Source: Octopus vulgaris (Eukaryota). From it: DNA of 64,000 nucleotides. How positions within the stretch are numbered: position 1 is the stretch's first letter; every line of letters starts with the position of its first letter. The stretch is from NCBI GenBank assembly GCA_951406725.2, contig OX597824.1, forward strand, positions 248,001-312,000. Reading direction: 5' to 3'. The translations under genes and the position numbers were made by a program. Shown piece after piece: positions 1 to 12,917 of this stretch. A model generated the notes under the pieces. That model worked only from the letters and a program-made list of their open reading frames with translations, made no database searches and had not been told where the DNA came from.

Positions 1-494
1 ACCCAAGGATTTTAGCTATCACTACATTGATAATTTAATTAGATTAAATGAATTAAATACAGAAATAAATTAATTTGTTTAATGCATGAGACAGCTATAA
101 AGATATTCATGTATATTATACAACCTCATTGGCATAATAAACCTTTTTAACTGTCTCATGTGTCTAATAAATTAATCTAATTTAATTAATTTATAAATAT
201 AGTTATAGCTAAAACACAGCAACAGCTAAAATCTTTCAGTGGATCACATATAATCATCATCTTTATTCTAACGTCCACTTTTCCATGCTTGCATGGATCT
301 GACAAAATTTGCTGGGACAGATTTTCCAACTAAAGTAAGATTTAACCTTGGCCAGACATGTTTTTCAAAAAAACCGGAAACAAACAGTGTTGCATGTATG
401 AAGGTGAGGCTTGTTTACAAATCTCATATGATGTTAAGACACGAGCACACACTAACACATTCATGCCTGGACACACACATACACAATGCACATA

Positions 495-921
495 CAGTAA
501 TCCCTTGACTGCTGTGGGTGTTATGTTCCAAAACCTCTGCAAAAGGTGAAAATCTGTGAAATGGAAATAGTACTGAATATATTTTTCATCATTTCGTAAT
601 TTGTATATCTTTAATTTTGTTATAATTGCAAAAGGATTCTTTGTTTACTCATCTATGGTACTCTACATATTTTCTTTTAATATTTTCTAATTAAGGTGTT
701 ATACAGTGCAGTGCTGTGCTCTATTTTTATTAATTAATTTATCAATTTTTAGGTGTGAAAATGCTTATTTTACCATAGAAATAATTAAAATCTACATATC
801 GGCTGCAGAAACCCGCGATATACTGAGGAGTCTGTGATATAAATTTACATCTATTATCCAGAAAAGTCTGCAACATACTGAGTGTGTGATGGGTGAATCG
901 CGATATGGCAAGGGGTTACTG
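495..921. mobile_element. Tc1/pogo (Tigger-like) MITE
   Basis: TA|CAGTAATCCCTTG ... CAAGGGGTTACTG|TA: terminal inverted repeats with TA target duplication. Confidence 0.7.
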
Positions 922-1381
922 TACTTATATATAATATATGCATGTACAACAGGCTTCTTTCAGTTTCTCTTTACCATTCACAAGACTTTAGTTGGCCTGG
1001 AGCTATAATAGAAAGCACTTGCCTGGGGTGTTGTGCAATGGAACTGAACCAGAAACCACAGAGTTAGGGAACACTTTTCTTAACAATACAACTATGCATG
1101 TACTTATATATATATACATATATATGTACATACATTTATTCATACACACACATGTGTGTGCACACATATATATATATATATTCATACACACACATGCTTA
1201 AGTAATTAAATATTCTCTTTAGGCCAGCTAACAACCAATGTCAGTTGAATGTCTTAATATGCATCTTGTTTCACACTTCTCCCACCTAATCCTTCCCTTC
1301 CCTATTGTGTATATTAACCCACACCTCTTGACCTCAGTGTCTCCCTCCCTTCCATTGACTGTTATAGTTCAGGTATGTATA

Positions 1382-2476
1382 TCTCTATATATAAAACTGA
1401 AATGCGTTTTTACCGCTTGGATGGCTTTCAATGCCACTACGTCCCGTCCGATTCGCTCCAAAATTTACAGGGACATGTAGAATGAGGTGACGATGCCCAT
1501 GGGCTACCTTACAAATCCCTAGCTTAAAAGGTGTGGTTGCTAGGGGCCATCTTCCTCACTCACGCTATTTCCTCCATTCACCCTCTCACTCCCGTTATTT
1601 AATGTAAAGTCTTCCTCAAATCACTCTCTCGCTATTTCCTCTCTTCCAAGAACATTTTCACCCACTCTATCTCTTAGCTTCCCATACATTTTACTCATGT
1701 ATCTGTATGCGTTCATAGACAGAAACAAATATTCCATCGCATCGCATTCTATTGTCTACCTGTCAACACACACACACACATACACACACATATATACATA
1801 TATCTAATATTATATTTTTATGTTTTTGTTTTTTTACTGTTTTATTTGCCTATTAGTGGTTTTATCTCTAATTTAATTTCTACAGTGTGCACACACATAC
1901 ACACCTATATGTGGCCCCAGTAGACCCGAATGAAATCGGGTTCAATTCATCAAAATGTGAAAAGGGGTCTAGAATTATCATTGCCACAACTTATGTATAT
2001 GTCTTCCTCACTCACTCACTCTTTTTCCTAATGATAATTATCATCGCCACGACCACGACCACCAACACACAATCATGACAATCTTTCTCTTAAAAAAAAT
2101 CATGTTTACATTGCAAAATATTTCATTTTCCCGTCCTCTCTTTCATATATCACCTTCTCTTTCTCGAGCTCTCTCTTTTTTCGCCGTCAGCCTCCAGTCT
2201 GATCTGGCAGTGTTTCTACAGGTGGATGACCTTCCTAACGAAAACCACTCTGTGAGTGTAAGTGGCTGCTTTTTTCGTGCCGCCGGCACAGGTGCCAGGG
2301 GGGCTCGCAGCGGCAACGATCGGTTGGTGCTTTATACGTGCCACTGGCACAGAAGCCAGTCAAGGTGGCGCTGCAATCGGCCACATTCGGATGGTGCTTT
2401 TTACATGCTGAAAGGAAGCAACAGAAAGTAACTACCACACTCTTACCCGCACGTAGAGCGGGTCACCTTCAGCTAA
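1382..2476 (+). mobile_element. Non-autonomous Helitron, copy 1
   Basis: 5' A|TCTCTATATATAAAACTG; 3' hairpin ACCCGC-acgtaga-GCGGGT then CTAA|T (CTRR); shares its 5' region, internal blocks and 3' end with copy 2. Confidence 0.75.
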
Positions 2477-2481
2477 TATTT

Positions 2482-2521
2482 ATATATATATTATAATAAG
2501 ATATATATATATATATATATA

Positions 2522-2555
<34 letters not shown>

Positions 2556-2613
2556 TATGTATATGTATATATGAACATTTATTTATGACTACACGCACAC
2601 ACAGGTATGTGTG

Positions 2614-2662
<49 letters not shown>

Positions 2663-2679
2663 GTACATTTATATATGTA

Positions 2680-2723
<44 letters not shown>

Positions 2724-2730
2724 CATGCAT
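2482..2730. repeat. (TA)n-rich microsatellite between the two Helitrons; similar (TA)n/(CA)n tracts at 30816-31165, 52505-53640, 61505-61725 and 63070-63152
   Basis: Direct inspection. Confidence 0.95.
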
Positions 2731-2733
2731 ATA

Positions 2734-3545
2734 TCTCTATATATAAATCTCTATATAGAAAACTGAAATGCGTTTTTACCGCTTGGATAGCTTTCAATGC
2801 CACTACGTCCCGTCCGATTCGCTCCAAAATTTACAGGGACATGTAGAATGAGGTGACGATGCTCGTGGGCTACCTTAGAAATCCCTATCTTAAAAGGTGT
2901 GGTTGCTAGGGGCCATCTTCCTCACTCACGCTATTTCCTCCTTTCCCTCTCTTACTCCCCTTCATTTATAACTTTGAGAAATCCACTACCGTTATTTAAA
3001 GTATCTGTCACTCTCGCTATTTCCTCTCTTTTTCACTGACTCTGTTTCCTACCTTCCCATCACTTCGGCAGCGTTCTTTTAAGTATCTGTCTGTCACCAA
3101 CAACACACGAGCATGAGAACAAATATTATGAATCAGATATTCTTGCGTTCATTTATATGTGTGTGTGTGTGTGTTCTATATATAAATATGTATATATAAT
3201 GTATGTGTGTGTGGGTGTGTGTGTGTTCTATATATAATGTATATATACAAAATGTATATATCTGTATTTATGTATATTAAACTTTTTCATACTTTTTCAT
3301 AGTTATATATATTTTTAAACAAATTATAAATATAATTTAACAATTCTTATTTTCAATTTAAATAATTTAAATTTTTATATTTTATATTTTATATATTTTC
3401 TATATTATATTTTTTTTATGTTTTTGTTTTTGGTTTTTCACTGTTTGATTTGCCTATTAGTGGTTTTATCTCTAATTTAATTTATACAGATATATATCTC
3501 ATTTGTATACATTTGTATATATAATGCATGCACACACACACACAC

Positions 3546-3584
<39 letters not shown>

Positions 3585-5431
3585 GTGTGCATTACGTAGT
3601 CGGTCGATTCACCTGAAAATATGCACACCTATGTTAAAAGTGCTGGCAAGTTTGCATGACAACTATTTTTTTCCTCAAATGAAAGGCATCACCTCTAGAA
3701 CAAAATTCCTCATCTTATGAAAAGTGGCCCCAGTAGACCCGAATGAAATCGGGTTATATTAACCAAAATGTGAAAAGGGGTCTAAATGGGGCTGAAAGAG
3801 GATTAAAATTTCAAGGAGCGGGTGTTTAGGAATTCTGTTACATCAAGCTAAAAAATTTGCGCCAGCCTTTTAATCGTCAATGTGTTGCCGTCCATGATAA
3901 AGAAGTTTTGAATGCTTGCCATGGTGAGTCTAAGGTCGTGAGAAAGAATCACTTCAAAACTTGGTGTTTACGAATTTTCTTTGGGCCCCATTGAGGCAAT
4001 GGCGAAGGACCGAGATCTCTGGAGATGTGCTGTGACTACTAAGACCCGGGATGCTTCCGGCACCAGTTCCGCATAGCCCCTGCCCATTCAAAGTACCTTG
4101 GATCCCGGAACATCTCGCTGTGCTTGAGGAGACCTGTTGAGTCAAGTGCATGTACATGAACATCGAACCAAATATCAATGGAAACAGTAGTTGTGATACC
4201 TGTGCCGGTGGCACATAAAAAGCACCATCCGAACGTGGCCGTTGCCAGTGCCGCCTCGACTGGCTTCTGTGCCAGTGGCACATAAAATGCGCCATCTGAA
4301 CGTGACCAATGCCAACCCCGCCTTGAATGGCTTCTGTGCCGGTGGCACATAAAAAGCACCATCCGAACATGGCCGATGCCAGCCCTGCCTCGACTGGCTT
4401 CTGTGCTGGTGGCACATAAAAAGCACCAACCAATCGTGGCTGGTGCCAGACCCCTCTGGCACCTGTGCAGGTGGCACGTAAAAAGCACCCACTACACTCG
4501 CGGAGTGGTTGGCGTTAGGAAGGGCATCCAGCTGTAGAAACACTGCCAGATCAGACTGGAGCCTGGAGCAGCCCCTGGCTCCCCAGACCCCGGTCGAACC
4601 GTCCAACCCGTGCTAGTGCGGAAAACAGACGTTAAACGATGATGATGATGATGATGATCAAGTTCAAAATTTTACGCCAGCCGTTAAACTGTCAATACGT
4701 TGTTGTTCGTCGTTAAGAAATGCCAGCCATGGTGACTCTACTATCCTCAGATTCTATCCCTTCAAACTTTGGTTTCCAATATTTTATTATTTTTATTCAG
4801 CTCGCAAGTTCGTCTGTCCCTTTTAAATGTTAGCGTTTTGCTGTCTGCCTTGAAGCAGACCTTTCCATTGCCACTGCCTGATATTTATGATTGATCTTTC
4901 TAAATATTTTATTTCTCAACTTACTCAAGATCTTCTGTTGTTTATAAATGGGAGAGAGATAGATAAATATAGAGAGTAAGAGAAAGCGAAGGAGAGTCCT
5001 AGAGAAAAGAAAAGTAAGAGAGTGGGAAAGTGAGAGAGAAACAAAGACGGAGAATCATCATCATCATCATCGTTTAACGTCCGTTTTCCGTGCTAGCACG
5101 GGTTGGACAGTGTGACCGGGGTCTTGGAAGCCAGGAGGCTGCACCAGGCTCCAGTCTGATCTGGCAGTGTTTCTACAGGTGGATGACCTTCCTAACGCCA
5201 ACCACTCTGTGAGTGTAGTGGGTGCTTTTTTCGTGCCGCCGGCACAGGTGCCAGGGGGCTCGCAGAGGCAACGATCAGTTGGTGCTTTTTACGTGCCACC
5301 AGCACAGAAGCAAGTCAAGGCGGCGCTGCAATCGGCCACGTTTGGATGGTGCTTTTTACGTGCTGAAAGGAAGCAACAGAAAGTAACAACCACACTCTTA
5401 CCCGCGCGTAGAGCGGGTCACCTTCAGCTAG
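2734..5431 (+). mobile_element. Non-autonomous Helitron, copy 2 (contains RTE 3'-end fragments)
   Basis: 5' A|TCTCTATATATAAA (terminus duplicated at 2748); 3' hairpin ACCCGC..GCGGGT followed by CTAG|T at 5428-5432; no TSD. Confidence 0.8.
3990..4657 (+). mobile_element. 5'-truncated RTE LINE (ORF end, 3' UTR with five modules, (GAT)n tail) inside Helitron 2
   Basis: AMAKDRDLWRCAV resembles the RTE ORF C-terminus (MTRDRDLWKCAV near 17770); same 3' UTR and tail as 17830-18350. Confidence 0.85.
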
Positions 5432-6714
5432 TATATGTATAAATGTGTGTATGTGTATTTTGGGATGGTGTATGTTGGCTGAAGATGTAAACATTGGCAA
5501 GAAAATAAATGACCAATACTCACAATATACCTTGTAATATTGGTTTTGCCTGTGTTGCACAACCACTCCCTTGTTACTCAGTGAACCAGTGATTGACCTA
5601 TTAGAATTCTACAGCCAATCACACTATTGATCTGAAAATGCTATACAAAATAATTCCAACCAATCGAATATCTTACATTATATTGGATTCGTTTCTTCAT
5701 CTTGGTTATTCTATTGCAATTCCATTCTATTGACCCTGGTAGGATGAAAGACAAAGTTGACTTTGGTTGGATCCGAACTCAGTATTTAAAGGAACATAAT
5801 TCAATATCACAACATTTTGTCTGCTACTCTTGAGGTTCTACAAATCCACTGATTTGTGCCCCACCTATAAATTTCTGGCTTTGCGCCAATGCAGATAATA
5901 ATAATAATGGTAATGATTCTTTCTGCTATAGGCACCAGGCCTGAAATTTGGGGGACCCTGTGCATAGCTGGTACTTATTTCATTGACCCTGAAAGGATAA
6001 AAGCAAAGTTGACCTTGGCAGAATTTGAACTCAGAACTTAAGGACAGACGAAATGCTGCTAAGCATTTTACCTGGTGCAAGAATGATTCTATCAGCTTGC
6101 TGCCTTTGTAAATAATAATAATAATCTTTTCTACTATAGGCATTTTTGTGGGAGGGGCTAGGCAATTTATATCGACCCCATTTAATAATAATAATAAATA
6201 TGTTTATCAATGTGTGTAGCAAGATTCTTGATGTGAAGTCAGGTGTTGAAATGGATATTGTTGTATTTCGGGATGGTCTTTTTTTTTTTTTTTGGCCAAA
6301 TAAACACATGCACACGCTATATATTCGTTCTTCACTCATTTATTACTGTTCTTATTCTAACTCGTCTTCTTTAGAAATCTTTCGTCATGCCTGTGTGACC
6401 TCTTCAGCAACACTTTTCGTCTTCGTGTGTGCTCTTGCCCCACTTTACTTCAATCAAGTAAAGAATAAACATGGAGTGCATGTGTTTATTTGGCAAAAAA
6501 AAAAGACCATCCCAAAACACAAAAACAATAACAATGATTTCTAATTTTGGCACAAGGCCAGTAATTTCAAGGGAGGGGTTAAGTTGATTACATCAACCCC
6601 AGTGCTCAACAAGTTCTTATTTTACTGACCCCGAAAGGATGAAAGCCAAAGTTGACCTTAGTGGAATTTGAACTCCAAACGTAAAGATGGATGAGTCTGT
6701 GAGCTCAATGCTAT

Positions 6715-7307
6715 AACCCTTTAGCATTCAAACCAGCCATAGCTGACCAAAATATTTAGCTTGTTTTATGTTGAAACTGGCCAGATCCAGCTTCTCACCT
6801 TAACCCTACAATGTCATTCTAAAAATATACAACTGCATCATCGAAATGTCTAAACTACAAGATGATGCAGGATTAATTGAAAACAATGTAAACAAGAGCA
6901 CTCAGAGAGGGCAGACCGCTGCCAACATCTTCTCAATGATTAGCCAGAGATGATTTTTAAAATGAGAATATCTGAAATAAACTCGACTTCTCTCACAAAC
7001 GAGAATACTGAAAATGAACCCAACTGCTCTCTCAAAAATAAATTAAGTAAAAAAAATGGAAAAATAATCCAGAATCCTTGTCTGATACCAGATTGATCCC
7101 AAAATCTAATCAGTTCATGCCAGTCATGAGGCCAGGCATCCCCGAAAGTTTCATTTGAATCCATCCAGCGGTTCTTGAGATATCTTGTCCATGGACAAAC
7201 AAGCAAACAAACAAATGCAACTGAAAACAATACCTCTGCCTTTGCTAAGGTGGGGCTAATAAAGAAACCCTGCATTTGACAGAATAATCTCAGTACTAAA
7301 GGGTTAA
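6715..7307. mobile_element. piggyBac-like MITE interrupted by a HINE-like element; similar ends near 20960, 23710-23948, 32152-32373 and 63627
   Basis: Termini TAACCCTTTAG ... CTAAAGGGTTAA with TTAA-like target. Confidence 0.55.
6891..7262 (-). mobile_element. DINE-1/HINE-like (Helentron-associated) non-autonomous element
   Basis: 5' short hairpin, (GTTT)n microsatellite, core, and 3' terminal stem-loop resembling GCACTCtctGAGTGC; homologous to 33424-35910. Confidence 0.65.
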
Positions 7308-7310
7308 TAA

Positions 7311-7556
7311 CAGGACTGTGGAGTCAAAGCAAAAGACTTTGACTCCAACTCTGATTCCAACTCCTGTACTATTGGCTCCTCCAATTCTACATATCTCATA
7401 AAGCATATGCATACCATTTGTACTTTGAATAGGCCTATTTGTTATAATTGGTTTATATCAAAGACTAAAAATATTCTGAGTCAGAGTCAGTATAGTTTTA
7501 CCAACTCCGACTACCCCTTAATTGTTTCTGACTCCAACTCGGACTCCACAGCTCTG
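7311..7556. mobile_element. hAT MITE with GGAGTC/GACTCC subterminal repeats
   Basis: TIRs CAGGACTGTGGAGTC / GACTCCACAGCTCTG; exact 8-bp TSD GTTAATAA (7303-7310, 7557-7564). Confidence 0.8.
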
Positions 7557-9726
7557 GTTAATAATCATAAATGTTACTACTGTAACTATTATTATGATTA
7601 AGGCTGACAGTTTGGCAAAAATCAGTGGAGCATCAAGGGGGTAAGAAAATGCTTTGCTGTATTTGTTCTGATTCTTTAGATTCTCAGTTGAAACTGCACC
7701 AAAGTCATCTTTGCCTTTTGTCTCTCTAGGATCAAAAAGAAAAAGTACCAGTTAAATACTGGGGCCAACAGCTTCAACTAACCCTCTCCCTCAAAATTTC
7801 AAGCCTTGTGCCTTTCTAAGAATCATCATCTCTTTTATTCTACCTGTTTCAATTATTCGACTGTGGCCATGCTGGGGCATTGTCTTGAACAAATCAACTC
7901 CAATATTTATTCTTCAGTCTGGTACTTAGTCTATTGGTCTGTTTCGCTGAACCACTAAGTTAGAAGGACGTAAACAAACTAACACCAGTTCTCAAGCAAT
8001 GCTGGGAGACAAACATACACATATATACAATGGGCTTCTTTCAGTTTCCATCCACCAGATTCACACAGAAGGCTTTGGTCAGCCTGGGGCTACAGTAGAA
8101 GACACTTGCCCGAGGTGTTGCAGAGTGGGACTGAACTCAAGACCACAGGGTTGGAAGCAAGCTTAGTTTATTAATCCGCCCCCCCCTCCATTGCTATTCT
8201 TATTTATTCACCCTTCACCATGTTACCATAAATAATATCTCCACTTTATACAATCTACAGAAACTTGTAGTTTTTATTTTTTACAACTTTTGTTGTCTTT
8301 TTTTATATTATTTTTGGAACAACATCATTTGTATTAAGAGAGGGAGAGGGGGGAAGGATTGGAGGGAGAGGAGGGGAGTGCTGTTTTCCTCTATTTCTGC
8401 TTTTTCCTAACCCTTTCATATCAACATTCCGCTAATAGAAGAACCATTTGGTAAGCTCTTGTAAATGTTCCAATCAGTATGTTGACCGTTTCATGTCAAC
8501 AGATGTTGGAAGCTGTGGACGGTGATGGGGGGGGGGGGCGCAAGGCTGGCTTAGTTGTGAATCTCAGTCAACATGTTAAAGCTTTCAAGTCCTGAGAGAG
8601 AGAGCGAGGGAGAGGTGAAAGAGAGAGATGGGAGGGGACACATGTAATGGAAATCACTATAGACTTCTCTATTTGCAAACGATTCTACTGTAAATGTGGC
8701 ATTTATTATGAAAGGGTTAAATGTGAAATACTCATTAGATTTGCTATGCACAAGCACAGTGTGTGTGTGTGTGTGTGGTTTTCATGCAAAGGCTGAAAGT
8801 GCTTGATGCATGCCTGCAATGGAATCTGAAGTCTAAACATGTGTGTGTGTGTGTGTGTGTGTGGTGAATTTTATTATGAACTCATAACTAATGGTGGTTT
8901 GTGTTCAGCTGTCAACCATTCTACATCTTTTATTCACTGACGATGCTTTTGGGTATGGTATTGTAACCTTTGACCACACTCACTCATACTGGCCTGGTGC
9001 AGCCTTCGGGCTCCCCAGACCCCAGTTGAACCGTCCAACCTATGCTAGCATGGAAAACGGACGCTAAATGATGATGATGATGATGATGATGATGATTATA
9101 TATATATACACACATGTACATAACACTCAAACATATATATAAGTAAACACACATAAAAATAGATGCATAGCATACAAACACATCTCTTATACATATATGT
9201 ATATGTGTAACACACTTATACACATACCTACATACCACCACCACCATCATCATTTTAACGTCCATTCTTGCATGGGTCAGGTAGAATTCATTGAGACAAA
9301 TTCTCTACAGCCAGCTACCGCTTTTTGTTGCCAATTCTCACCTGTTTACAAGTCAGGTAATAGATTTCCCTGGGTCAGACGCGTTTACACAGAAGATTAG
9401 AAATGACGTGTACTGTTTGCGTGACGGTGACTCTCGTTTACAACCATCACATGATGTCAAGACAAGAGCAGTGAAAGAGACACACACATGCATGCACACA
9501 CATGCTTGTACACACACACACACACACAGTGAGCTTCTTTCAATTTCTGTTTACCATATCCTCTCCCAAAGCTTGGGTCAACCTGCAGCTACAGAAAAAA
9601 AACTCTTGCCCAAAGTGCCACACCATGCAACTAAACGCCAACCCATGTGATTGGAAAGTAAAACCTACCACATAGCCATGTGTTTGATACTTGTTATTAA
9701 AAACTGTTTCTGCTATTTATTTTCAG

Positions 9727-9864
9727 AGTTTACTCAAAGTCCACGATCAACTCTCAGGAAACCCAAGATTTTCCGAAGACAAGGAAACTAAAGATTATTC
9801 TTTTAAACAGTATGGAGAAGGTGCTGTCCGAATTATTCACTTAGAAAAGACTTCAGAACCACTG
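9727..9864 (+). CDS. PALS1: PALS1/MPP5 (Stardust) exon A: end of L27C, linker, start of PDZ (first recognisable exon in window; upstream exons not seen)
   Basis: tttcag|AGT...CTG|gtaagt, 138 nt, phase 0/0; SLLKVHDQL...QYGEGAVRIIHLEKTSEPL; joins in frame to GATV of the next exon, giving the PLGATV carboxylate-binding loop. Confidence 0.9.
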
Positions 9865-10571
9865 GTAAGTTCATCTACTGCTATGCTTTTTTCTTTGTCT
9901 TTGTCTCTTTTTTTTTTTTTTTTTTTTAGTCCAGTTAGCAATCTAATTTCTGAAAAGCCATGGTTTGCTCTTCTTCATCTTTGTTCCCCAAAAAGATGCT
10001 CTTGTTTTAGAAACATTGATGCACATAGATTTGTGGAGATAATTATAAAATATTATTTATCAAACATAACAGCCAGCCCCTAATGTTGGATAGATTAGGG
10101 GTCTGCAAACCCGTTTCCTTCTTTTCCACTTCCTACTCCTTTCCCCTTCCTCTTCCTATTCCTTTCCTTCTACTCCTTTTCTCCTTCCTCTCCCCTCTTC
10201 TTCCTTTTCCTCTTCATTCTCCTCCTCCTTCCCCTCCTCTTCCTCCTCCTCTCACTTCATCTTTTTCCTCTTTCCCCTTCATTCTCATTCTCCTCATTTT
10301 CTTCCCTTTCCTCCTCTTCCTCCTCCTCATCATCATCACCACCATGACAGCCCTCTGGCAGAATTATCATCACTTCAGACCAAATGGTTTGTGACATTTC
10401 ATTTCTTCTGGCTTTTAACATTTTGAGCTCAAAACCCTGCCAACCTCAACTTTGCGTTTCATCTTCTTGAGGGTCTATAACTGACTTGCCCCCCCCCCCC
10501 ACCTCAAAATTACTGGCCCCTGTGCCAAAATTAGAAACCGTTATTCTTGTGTGGTTGAGATAAACATAAAG

Positions 10572-10610
<39 letters not shown>

Positions 10611-12065
10611 CATCTTCTTTGTAATGTTGGGATGGGTTGCATGCGAATATCTGAGGCAATGTTTGAGGACCAGATGCTCTTTCTGTTGCCTCTTATGAGA
10701 TGCAAGGATGTGGTGTAATCGTTCTAAGCCTGAGATGCCCATTACTATGAAATGGAGTCATCAAAGCCTCTCTTTTATGATGAAAAGTTGAAAGTATATG
10801 CATAATTTGTAATTAATAAAAGATCATCAGGCTGTATATAGTTGTGCCATAGTTGAAAACCTGTGGGTTCAAGATATTTGTATATTTGTTTTTACTGGTT
10901 TCAGTCATTGGGGTAAGGCCATACTGGGGCACCACCTTCAAAGGTTTTAGTTGATTATTATATTGACCCCATTGATCTCTATTGAATGACTATTGTTGGT
11001 TTTACACCTGTGTTTACTAACACAGGTACAAACGTACACCTGCTTACACGTTCACTAGGCTCTCTCATAGTTTATGCTTACCAAATATCACTCACAGGGC
11101 ATTGGCCAACCCTACACTAGAGAGTTAGTAGTTGTTGGTGACTGTAGTAGTTTCTGATGAAGTGGGGGAAGGCCCCTCATTATGAGACTTTCTTTGCTAT
11201 GTTCAGGGTTTGAGGTCTCCAAGAGAGGTCATTAACGATAGTGATGTCTTGCAATTGTAGTAACACTGAGGGTTCGGTTGCAGTTGTGTGTATTAATATT
11301 TGCTGCAGGATGTTCCCTTGATACTCTCATAGAGGTTGTGATGGTGGGTTAGAGCCACCCAGTTTTTTGGGGTGGATCATTTTTTCTCAAAGCCTTATAG
11401 TGTAACTGCCTTTTTTTTCTCATCTGCTGTAGTTCAGCTGTGAGTGAATGTTTCGGAAGCTTTTGTAGCTTAGTGGTCAGGGTATTCAGTTCATGATTGT
11501 AAGGCTATGAGTTCAATTCCCAGTAAGGCATTGTGTCCTTGAGCAAGACACTTTATTTCATGTACCGCCAATTCACTTGGCTGGCAGAAATAAGTGTTTA
11601 CCTGTAATTCAAAAGGCCACACTTGTCATGTTGTGGGTGATGCTGAATCCCCCTAAGAACCATGTTAAGATTATGGGTGTCTGTGGAATACATGAATTTC
11701 ATGAGTTGGCTGCTCTGTTGATTTGATCAGCTGGAACGGTTGTCTTCATGGCTGGCAGAGTGCCAAAGGCAGAGAGGTTTGGTTGCATTGGGACATGGAT
11801 GTACATGCTACACAGGATGGTTTTAGCCAGCCATATAGCTGTTTCTATTTGTCAAGAGTGTAGCCCATATGTTGCTAGGGATAGTTAGCCTAGAACTGGT
11901 GGAGTTTCATTGGGTTCTAAGGTTGAAGTTGACATGTGTTGCATAATATGTGGATGTCTTGAACAGTTCAAAGTTTTGATTAGCATTTATTCCCAAGTCT
12001 GTTATTACTTTTGTCAATTTATTTACCACCATTTTAATTTGTTAATTTTTATTATTCCATACCAG

Positions 12066-12141
12066 GGTGCTACTGTCAAAAATGAAGGCGAATCTGTGAT
12101 AATTGCACGCATAGTCAAAGGAGGTGCGGCAGATAAGAGTG
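12066..12141 (+). CDS. PALS1: PALS1 exon B (PDZ)
   Basis: accag|GGT...AGTG|gtaagt, 76 nt, phase 0/1; GATVKNEGESVIIARIVKGGAADKSG, very close to the PALS1/Stardust PDZ as I recall it. Confidence 0.95.
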
Positions 12142-12660
12142 GTAAGTATATATTTACTTCCCTTGTTTTTGTTCTTCATCACTTTTAGCCCTCTCTCTTC
12201 TTTTTATGGCCTTCTGTTCCTACTCCACTTCAGCTTCATTTCCACCACTCTCCTCACCTAGTTACTTCCATCTTTTCTACAACACACAATCTAAATAGTT
12301 TTAGCATTTGAATGATTTTGCTGTACAACAATGCCTTTAAATTCTGCACTCACAGATTAACAAAATTGTCGTTTGTAAGGGCACCCTTTAAACTAATAAT
12401 CTTTGTCTCAAGGTCTTATGATCTTTACTCCAAGAAGGAATTAGAAAATTACTATTTTTAAATCTCATGAGAGATATTCAGCAACAGTACTTTGTAGTAA
12501 AGATTGTTTGCCAACATAACGTGGCAGTCTTTGTTTAGGGTGAATGTTGCTGTAATTTAACCCCAGGAGACATCGTCTCCAGCTGGCTATATGACATGAT
12601 CTGTGTCCTTATATTTTTGAACAAGGGAATCTAGATCCTCCACTCAGCTTAAAACAATAT

Positions 12661-12703
12661 CTGTGTATCGCAATTTCCAGGTTATTTCCCTTCATCAGCA
12701 CAG
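12661..12703 (-). ncRNA. Minimal type-I hammerhead-like ribozyme (C3-G8 core intact)
   Basis: ctgtg-CTGATGA-agggaaataacctg-GAAA-ttgcga-TA-cacag; helix I ctgtg/cacag; near-palindromic helix III; non-canonical helix II junction. Confidence 0.65.
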
Positions 12704-12917
12704 AATAATTGTTTGGCTAGAGGTGGCGCTGCCAAATTCCCATTCGAAATATATAGTTTTCAAAGTGACAGCTAGTCGCTGATCTATAAATTAGAAAATT
12801 ACTATTTTTAAATCTCACAACAACAGATATTCTGCAACAGTACTTTGGAGTAAAGATTGTTTGCCAACATAACGTGGCAGTCAGTACTGGTTTAGGGCCT
12901 CTAGCCGAACAATTATT

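Noticed and set aside
4201-4490. CRISPR-like repeat-spacer array
   Set aside because: The spacers are homologous to each other, the array is part of a LINE 3' UTR, there are no cas genes, and the DNA is eukaryotic.
3954-4606. Repetitive ORFs (GAFYVPPA, WCFLCATG, VLFMCH repeats)
   Set aside because: Antisense translations of the 3' UTR modules; the 67-bp period shifts frame, so they are not a repeat protein.
10083-10394. Pro/Leu/Phe-rich 103-aa ORF
   Set aside because: Translation of an intronic polypyrimidine low-complexity tract.
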